This document shows positions 53,331-64,000 of a stretch of 64,000 bases of DNA, piece after piece. Every line of letters starts with the position of its first letter. The stretch's first letter is position 1. A program made the position numbers and the translations under genes. Under the pieces are notes generated by a model. It searched no databases, had not been told where the DNA came from, and saw nothing but the letters and a program-made list of their open reading frames with translations. The DNA lies in NCBI RefSeq assembly GCF_009914755.1, contig NC_060930.1; one strand, written 5' to 3'. This stretch comes from the human T2T-CHM13v2.0 reference genome, Homo sapiens.

Positions 53331-54316
53331 TACAATAATATTTTTAAAACGGCTTTCTCCTATTTTCTTTGGCCTGTCTAAACTTAAGTATCCATATTTC
53401 TGTTTTCTGTGTTTGGATATATATATATATATAATATTTTCCCCATTTTCTCTCATTTTCCCTCAATTTCCTAAAATTTGCCTTTTTCCTTTTATTTTCT
53501 TATGACATTATTCTTGTCAAGTACAATTGCTTTTGAATACAAAGTATTTTGGTTTATGATGTTCATGATTTGTCCTGAGATCCTAAAATTTTTGAGGAGA
53601 AACCCTTGTCTTCACTTCTAAGACTATTTTATTTTAGTTCTTTTCTCTGCATCCCCCTTAACCAGCTAATAACATTTTGTCTTGATTTCATAATATGATA
53701 GGTTTTCATCTTTGTGACTACCATGTGGTCACTTTTACTCACTAGGCTTTTGAACTCAATTTAAACAGAATAACTTACCAGTGCAAAATATGAGGTTAGA
53801 TGAGTAAGTTGGAATCAAAATTCTGCCATGTTGGGCAAATTATTCACCTACATATTGTGAAGTGTTGTGTTATTTCTCCTTATTTATTCTTATGGGGTCT
53901 TATTAAAATCTTAGCATTTGTTAAAGAAAATAATATTCATCATTTAAAGACCAGACGGTTCAATCTAATGAATTTTAATAACACAACAAATTAAACCACG
54001 TTTGCCCCATTCTGTAAACAGCGCTGCCTGCTTTTCTGTCCTGGCACAGTGTCCAGGCTTGGCCACGAGGGGGCACTTGAAACCTGCCTTTCGGTGCCTG
54101 GTCGTCGTCCCCTGAAGTGAAAAGTTGCCCTTCCGGTTATTTCCCTTCCTGTTTGTCTGCCTCCGGGGTGTGTGGCTTCATTATCAGATCTCAGCAGCTT
54201 ATGAACTTTAAAAAGGGTAATAAGCCCTGTGAAAACCCCCTTTGTGCACGTTTTCAAAAATGTATTTAACATCCAAAAAGAATGTTATGACACTCACTGT
54301 CTCCACGAGTGAAAAT

Positions 54317-54515
54317 GTGTGTGCACATTGTGTGTTGTGCATGTATGTGTGCATCCATACGTGTGTATGTATGTATGCATCTGTGTATGTGTGCATGCAT
54401 GTGTGCGTCTGTGTATGTATCCATATGTGTGTGTATGTGTGTGCATGCATGTGTGTGCACGTGCATCGCTTGCATGTTTTCTTGTGTGTGCATATCTGTG
54501 TGTGTGTGTGTGTGT
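54317..54515. repeat. (TG/TA/CA) low-complexity tract ending in (TG)n
   Basis: Directly visible. Confidence 0.95.
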
Positions 54516-56656
54516 CCCGGATAAATAAGCCATCAACTAAGAAGGAAACAGGCTGGCCTTTGTCTAGGGCCTGCCTTACATCTGCCGGAGTCCAAAGTCC
54601 ACAATTCTTCCCTTTCGATTTCTGCCTTTTCCATAACTGGCACTGACCAGCAGAAACAGAAATGTGTTGTGAGGTCACCACCATCACCTTTCTGCTCATC
54701 CACACGTGTGCTGGGGTCTGCTGCCGGCAGCGGTGTGGCAGGACTCGGCGGTCTCTTGTGCAGGTCTGCGTCTCAGATGAATGAGGATGAAGTTTTGATT
54801 AGATGCCCTCTCCGTTCCCTGAAACTCTGGAATTCTAGGCCTGTCTCTTTTTCCTGCTTCCTTCCCTCCCTTCCTGCTTTCTTCTCTTCCTTCTTTCTTT
54901 TCTCTCCCCATCCCACCCTCCCTTTTCCCTTTTTCTCCCCCATCCCTTTACTCCCTAAATGAGTGTCTGAGGGGCCGACCACAGTGCCGTGCTGTGTCCT
55001 CTGCGAGTGTGTATTCAGAACTACAAGAAATCACTTTGTTCCTTCTCCTGTGTACTCACGGAACTTGATTCTTGCCCTGAGAAGAAGGCAGGAACCGGAC
55101 ACCTCCATCACCCTCTCTTTTTACACTTTCCAACGTCAGGACAGCACCCTTCCCTCCACTCCCACCTTCAGACTCTCAGAGGAACAGGCCATCTTCAGCT
55201 TGCGTTAGAACCTCTCCTCTACAGCCAGGACCCAGGTGTTTTCACACATTCCCCAGGGTTTTCTCTCCAATCAGCTTTGCGCCCCATCCCTCATGTTCAC
55301 ATTCCATTTAGAGAGGAAGCTGCACTGGCCCTGAGCCCCGCATTGCCTGGTGTTTCCCATCACTGCTCCACTGACCTTCCTGTCTCCTGCCGGGACGGTG
55401 GCTGTGGCCCCCGAAGCTGGGCTCCTGCCTTCCCTTGCCCCCCACACCCTCCTCGAGGCTCCAAGAGTGACAGGCTGTGGGCAGCCTCAGTCCTCTCCCC
55501 TCTCCATCTGCTTTCAACCAGGAATTAATTCGAGCAGGAACACCGCAGTGAACCCTTCCTGGCAGAATAGGACTGTGGTGTTGAAGGCAAGGCTCAACCA
55601 CCCTCCACCAGCCTGGCTGAAGTTTTTGCAGAACCATGCTGCCCTCCGGGTCCCTTCCCCCAGTCCTTCTCCCTCCCCAGGAGCCTGAAGCTCTCCCCAG
55701 CTTCTTGTGCTCTCCAACAAGTCCCTTGAAAAAACTGATCCCATATTTCAATTTGTTATGAATCTATGTTTCTTTATGTCTCAGAGCATACTATTAACAC
55801 TTGCTTTAAAGGAATAGTGTACTAATTACAACATGGAGGTCGGTCTCCACTGACACTTTTCTTCTGGGATTGGGTCCTATTTTTCTGTTTCCTCGGTTGA
55901 AGATTGTAAAGGTTTTGCCACTGTCCTGGACACTGAAGGTCACGTGTTCAGATTCTGGGTTCTGTTGTATTCCTCCAAACAGTGCTCAGCTGTGTCATTG
56001 CTGTTGTTGGTAGAGCGGACACTCACTTGACTGGAAGCAAACTGCAGGCTCTGTCTTTGGACAGCAGGTCAAATCTCAATTCAGACCTTTCATCTCTAGC
56101 TGGGCTGCTGGAGGTGTGTCTTGCATATGCACAGTTCAGGGGTCATCAGGTATTAGGGTAGAATTTATATACAAGATGCGTGGATGCCCCTCTCTGTCTC
56201 TTTCTCCACAGATTTCTCCTTAATGTCTTTGTGTCTATGGTTACCCCCAATTTTACCCTGCGGTGTTCTTCAGATGAGAAAGACTGCAGGTTACCTACTG
56301 GAGTTTCACTGCCCCACATGGCCTGCTGGAGCCTGGCCTTGGGGTAGAAGCTGTGAAGCTGGTATATTCACTCTGTGCCAACTCCTCTCCTCCAAGTGCT
56401 AATTCCAGCCCAGAAACTGCCTGCTTTGGAGCATGATGTAAACTTGGCCTCCCTTCATGCTACATACAGACCACGGAAATGGGACAACCACCCCAGGGTG
56501 CTCTGGGACCAGCTTGCATTGATTTGCAAGAGTGATTGTTGAACATTCTGCAATTTCCAAGCTGGCTGTTCCATCATTTGTAGCTTGAAACCAGAAGTTG
56601 ATTAAACATGGTGGGACCATTTATACCATGGTACTTGACAAACTACAAACCAGGTG

Positions 56657-56691
<35 letters not shown>

Positions 56692-56817
56692 TTTGTGGGG
56701 AGGGCAACTAATGAGTACCCTACTACCCAAGACATTTACCACTTTATTTCCTCAAATGTTAACTCTCACTCAGGACTTGCCAGCTTATGGTTTTTCTCTG
56801 TTCCTCCAGATAACTGT

Positions 56818-56823
<6 letters not shown>

Positions 56824-56872
<49 letters not shown>

Positions 56873-56880
56873 ATGTGTGT
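56824..56880. repeat. Compound (CT)n(GT)n microsatellite
   Basis: Directly visible. Confidence 0.97.
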
Positions 56881-57389
56881 TAGGAGTACGGTAGTAGTTC
56901 TACAAAAGAACAACTACAAAAGAAAACTCATAGCTGTTATCTCAAACAAGGTGAATAGGCTCTGATGGGAGCCTTTCAGCCATCATTATAAACAAAAACC
57001 CTTTCAATGTATCTTCAATAAAAAGATCCTCTCTCTTCTTTCTTAGACATCATGTGATCTCTGTTCGTATGACAGGCTCTTCTGATCCAATCATCTCTAC
57101 TCATTCCTTAGGTTAATTTTTGGCTTGATCAGTATTAATGTTCATGTTAAGGCTTTTCATAATCAATTTGTGACTTAACACAATTAATATATTTAAACAT
57201 CTATTAAAACTGAAATACATTTGTGCCCATCTATAGAGAGGGAAGTTTCTCACATGTTCTCTACAAACACTGGCTACTTGGTTACAAGAAACACTTTCAC
57301 ATTTTCTAGTCCCACAGGCTATTCACCAACTCTTATGTTTTGTCATGAAGACTAAGCTTAGCTCATAGTGGCAAATGTACCACTTACTC

Positions 57390-58930
<1,541 letters not shown>

Positions 58931-59004
58931 GTGATCTTCTCAATTTAATGCATATTTCTGGTGATTTCTTTTCCCTTACTTCAATCTGCAGTTCACCAGG
59001 TATA

Positions 59005-59690
59005 ATTGGCTAAGTAGTGACCCCAGAGATAACGTGCAGGCCGGCATCCTTGGAACCTGGGAATGTGAGTTTGTTTGGAAAGATGGGATTAAGTTTAGGA
59101 TCTTGAGATGAGGTCATCCTGGGTCCTTTTATAAGCAGTGTCCTTATAAAAGAGAGGCAGGGATTTAGACACCCAGAGAAGCGGAGGGAATATGAGGACA
59201 AAGGCCATGTGCTGAGAAAAACCAGTGCGAGAACGCTGGCTGCTGCAGGGGTGAGAAGAGGAGGGAAGCAGGGGCGAGAAGAGGAGGGAAGCAGGGGTGA
59301 GAAGAGGAGGGAAGTAGGGGTGAGAAGAGGGAAGCAGGAGTGAGAAGAGGAGGGAAGGGGCTCTCTCCTGACCCCAGGGGAGTGCGGCCCTGCTGGCAGC
59401 CGCAAGGGTGAGAAGAGGAGGGAAGCAGGGGTGAGAAGAGGAGGGAAGGGGCTCCCTCCTGACCCCAGGGGGAGTGCAGCCATGCTGGCAGCCGCAGGAG
59501 TGAGAAGAGGGAAGCAGGGGTGAGAAGAGGAAGGAATAGACTCTCTCCCCACCCTGGGGGGAGTGCGGCCCTGCTGGCTGGCACCTCCGTCCCTGGCTTT
59601 CCCCCTCCAGAACGGCGAGGCAATGGATTTGTGTTGTTTAAGCCAATAAAGTTGTGTAATTTGTTCTTGGCAATACTAGAAATTCATATA
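59005..59690 (+). mobile_element. MLT1B/C-like MaLR LTR with an internal tandem expansion
   Basis: ggatcttgagatgaggtcatcc ... gtccttataaaagag ... gttgtttaagcc ... gtaatttgtt. Confidence 0.8.
59245..59580. repeat. Purine-rich 20-23-bp repeat (gagaagaggagggaagcaggggt) nested in longer units
   Basis: About 8 gagaagagg cores and three gggagtgc(g/a)gcc(c/a)tgctggc blocks. Confidence 0.9.
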
Positions 59691-60739
59691 CCAGCTACCA
59701 AGTAGGGCCTGGAAGTCCTTATTTTAAGCCGGAACCCCAGGTGATCCTGGTTAGTGGATCACCGTTAAGAAACGCTGACCTAGGGCGATACTACATGACT
59801 GAGTTTTGAAGGGTATCAGAATTAAACATTTAGTAGGAGAGAAAAAGCGGCTCCAGGACTTGGGAGGCCCGAGATGAGACACAGAGAGAAACAGTACTTG
59901 GCTCCTAGGTTGTTTTTGTCTGACTCCAGTCGCATAATTGCACATTGGAAAAACAGTCTGGAAATGACGGGATTTGCATCGTGTTTTCAGTTCGTCAAGC
60001 GTCTTGACTCTGTCTGGATTTGTAACTAAACAATACCAGCAGGTGAGAGTGGTCACACGGAATGAATCACAAACGATCTTCAAAGGACAAACGTGGTGAA
60101 TCCTCGAACTGGCAAAGGAAGAAGTAAACTCTGCCCCCGCAAGCTCGCGCGACGCGACACCGCGGCCTCTCCTTGGCCCACTCACCACTTGGACGCTCTT
60201 CTTCAGGCTGGGAACATGCGCTTCCTCACAGCTGGAGCCATTCCTTCCTCTTCTTCAAAGGATTTTCTGAAATTCCAACCCCACTCTGAAATTGTTTAAT
60301 AAACTATCACAGTTTCACCTTCTCACCCTTCCACATGAGTAGCCTCTCTCCAGTAAGACTTGGCCCTAAAGGTGGGTGCTTTGACCTGAGTGTCTACGCC
60401 AGGGCAGCGCCGGGGGCAGACAGAACCACCTGCCCTGAGCTCCCGGCTCACTGGTCTCCATGCCTCGTTGGGGGCGAGACTGCGGACTTTAATCTTCTAT
60501 CTTTGAATTTTCCCTGGATCCAAGCTGGACTGCACTGCAATGCTCCTTGCCCTCCTTCCTGAAACAGCTCATCTTTGTCCTGGAAAAATGTCATGCTTGA
60601 GGCACTTTGGCCCTTGGGAAGAACAAGAGGGAAGACGGGAACCTCCTTTTTCTGGAGCTCCTACTGCGACTGGACCTTGCTGGCCGGTCAGTTTCACTCT
60701 CTGTTAAGCGCTGATCTGCTCCGTCTGTGAACCCCTCGT

Positions 60740-61020
60740 GGATTTTATACATTGGAGAACAGTCTCCTGTTGCACTACTTCTCTTAATTTTCTTAACTCT
60801 GTCCTTCATTTAAAAGAAATCCTTAATTCTGATGTATCAATTATGTTAACTTTTGTTCTTTGGCATATTATTTAAAAAGTCTTTTTATCCCAAACTTACA
60901 GATATCCTTACACGTCTTCTTATACCATCTTTAACATTTTTACCTTTCACATTTAGGGCTTTCATGGATCTGGCATTCACCAGGTGTCATGAGGTGGAAT
61001 CCAATTTATTTTTTACATTC
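60740..61020 (-). mobile_element. Old L1M fragment
   Basis: ttttacctttcacatttagg ... ggaatccaatttattt resembles antisense L1 ORF2. Confidence 0.55.
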
Positions 61021-64000
61021 TAGGATTCAGCCACCTTCAATCTCCCTAACCGTTTCTAATAGTTTTGACATTTGTTCCTTACCAATCAACCTCCTTCTCA
61101 GCGATCTGACGTCTCCAGGACTGAACTTGGAGGAACTTCCCTGTAACCTGTGTTAGTTTGCTGTCTTGTTGGAGGCTAGACGCTAATAATACCTGGGCTC
61201 ATGTTTTTTGAGGGTGTCATTCTTTCTTTTTCTCTTGATGTTTTAAGCCTTTTGTAGAACTCAGGATTCCCAGCACTAAACCTCACCTGTGATGATTGAA
61301 AGTGATAAGATCCTTCAGTACCTCTATCCAGTGGTATTCACTGCATTCCCACCCTGTGGTGAGCCTCATGCTTGGTGATGCAGGGTGAGGAGGCGGGGAG
61401 GGGACTACCCACGGAGAGCCTGGAGGCTCAGGTGTGCTCAGGGGGGCCTGGTGCACTTGGCCTTTTGGGAATGCAGAAGTCCAGGTAATTGGTTTATTCA
61501 GGGACCTGGCTCTGTGCCTACATGCTCTAAGTGAGGAGCCATAGGCCCTACCAGTCCCCATCTCCGAGGGCAGGCAGCCAGACGTGAGCATTGAGGAAAT
61601 GGAGGCACTGGGGAGGTATCATCCAGGGTTCTTGCTCACCAGGCCTTTGCATAGCAGTGGGGAGAGAACGGGCCCAGGGAGGACTCACCAAAGACCCATG
61701 GGAGCTGCATGGAGCATCCCAGGGCCCCAGTGCTCCCTCCTTCCACAATGTGGATGGCAGGAGGGGTATTCTGAGGACCCTCTACGTGGGCCAGCCTTTC
61801 ATTTTCCTTTGCATCTTTCAATGGAGTTAAAAGTAGAACCTTCCTACCCCCATTGAGGACAGGGGCACCTAACTTCCACACGCCACGGAAACCCCCAGGG
61901 CACTTGAGGGCTGATGTCCAGTAGGGGCCAGCACCTGCTCCTGGAATGAATTAATCAGCAAAATCATTGCAGCCCCCACATTATTTTCAACAAATATTAA
62001 GGTGTTCTCTAATCTTTCTCCCATTTTGGTTATTCATAGTGTATCACCACTATCTGAAATCACCTTGACTATTTGTCTAGGTGAATTATCTGTCTCCCCA
62101 CGAGGATGTACACTTTATACTTACAAGGTCCTGTTCATCTCACTAGTCCCTGGTTCTTCCTGTCTAAAACAATACTAGGCCTGTAGTAGGAGCTCAGCGG
62201 CTATTCAGGTCAATGAAAGGTATGAAGGGGTGACTGAATAATGATTTAATGCAACAGGGTAGGACTTCAGGTGCCCTTGGCGGTCCTGTCATTAGCGGAG
62301 TCATTGTGGAAAGAAATGTACCAGTGCTAACTAGAATTAAGCAGGTAAATAAAGCAGTCGATTTGTTAGGTTAATCCCTTGGCAATAGCTCTCAGTTTAT
62401 TTTATGGGCACATTCTTATTTTATTTCATTATCATTTATTAGATTCAAAATATTATGAGAGCCTTGAGGACCCATTTAAAATAATCTCCACATCCACAGC
62501 CATCGCAGATTATGACAATAAATGTGCTTAATTGAATCATGAACTGTCACACTGACTCCGCTGCCCCACGCTGCGAGACTGTTGCACCCCCATGCTGGGA
62601 GCTCAGTGACAATGCCAACATCGTGCACCTGTAGTGCAGGGAGTGGAGCCTGCCATGTCTTCACTGTCACGCAGATGGCAATGTCACAAGCACGGCCATT
62701 GCTGTGAAATGCTACACAGCTAAGAGACAAATCCCAGCAGTGACGTGGCACATCTCAGAAGTGTAGCTTTGAGTGAGAAAATAAAAAGTAGGATATACCT
62801 CATAGCAAAAAGTTGTTTATATAAATCAATAAACACACTCACAATAAACAGCACTGCATACCCCACCTGTAAATATGCATCTCCGAGCACACATCTGAAA
62901 TGCGCCGGGGGGGATAAGTGAATGGGACGAGAAGTGGGGTGGGGGCAGGCACAGAGAGGAGACTAAAGACAGAACAGGAGCTAACCAGGGGCCGTGGTAG
63001 GGGAGCAGGGCCAGCGTCACCTCCTGCACCCGGGGCCTACAATGCCCTCACTCACTGGGAGGAACTGCATGTTGCAGGGAAAGTTGAGTTCCTCTATGAA
63101 ATAACTCGCTTCCATTAGAAGGTATTAAAGGTCCTCAGACTGGAACCTTCCTCAGCAAGCGGCAGTATACACAGGTAAGCACTTTTGTATTTTCTAAATA
63201 AACTAACAAAATGAACTCTAAATGGAGCCATTCCTCTCGGGGGAAAATGCCCCATTCTTAATAGCTTGACTTTTCGGCTGTTTCATTTTGATGGTTTATA
63301 ATTCAGTTAAACACATGTCCTGTCATACTGGGTTATGGCCGGGGATGTGAAGGTAATTTTCACTGGGTCCTTGAGTTCCTCATGTTTTGAATCTAACAGA
63401 TGATCATGGAATACGGCTGTGACCATAAAATGAATAGAGAGCTACAGTCAAAGAATTAGCCTGGCCATGCCTCTTCTTAGCGGTTAACTGTTGTGCAACA
63501 GAAGATGACTATTATTCAGTTAACAAACAAGGCCTAAGTGGGGTGTGAGCTCTGCACATCAGGAAGCTCTGTATGAATTCTAAATGAGGACAAAAGTGAA
63601 TCTTTGTAAAAATTATCATAAACAATTTGGGCTCATAATACAACTACACATTATGAATGAACACTAAGTATTTAAACTTTTGTTAAGAAAATTTTTATTC
63701 GTTAAGAAATGAAGGTAATGGACAGTGATCAGTAATACCATCTGATAATGAGGTCAGCCTCATGCTAGCTTCTGTATTCTGGGCTAGCCTAAGGCAGACG
63801 TGTGATCACCTCACATTTCTTTCCGTTGCTTTACCCGGCCTCGCCTAGGTTCCCCTCCTTTCCTCCTGTGTGCCTCCCCTGCTGCCTACACCCAGCCTTG
63901 ACTCTGCTGCTTCTCCCCTCCCAAGGCTGAGGGACCCTGACCACAATCATGCCTCAGACTCTGGGCTACCCTTTTTTCCTCTCTGTCTTGGATTTTATTT

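Overview
Primate (most likely human) non-coding genomic DNA with a distal/subtelomeric character. It carries about 13 Alu elements or fragments, L1/L2/MIR relics, several ERV/MaLR LTRs (THE1, MLT1, MLT2, MER4, MER57), decayed DNA transposons and roughly a dozen GC-rich minisatellites. I cannot support any protein-coding gene, tRNA, rRNA or CRISPR array. The long ORFs in the track come from tandem repeats or Alus, and many start at GTG/TTG. I could not name the locus. The most notable structures are: (1) a CpG island at ~43.5-44.0 kb with a strong CTCF motif and a plausible minus-strand spliced non-coding transcript; (2) a 1.8-kb, nearly AG-free minisatellite carrying a branch-point-like motif in every unit, running straight into a 3' splice site and AATAAA; (3) a 66-bp minisatellite born inside a nested L1 that opens a 280-codon chimeric L1 frame; (4) an array of about 23 AGGTCA nuclear-receptor half-sites; (5) a local ~345-bp CpG-decaying duplication carrying a YY1 site; (6) an Alu whose tail is inverted. 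Repeat subfamily names come from my recollection of consensus sequences and need RepeatMasker/Dfam confirmation. All regulatory calls are motif-level inference.
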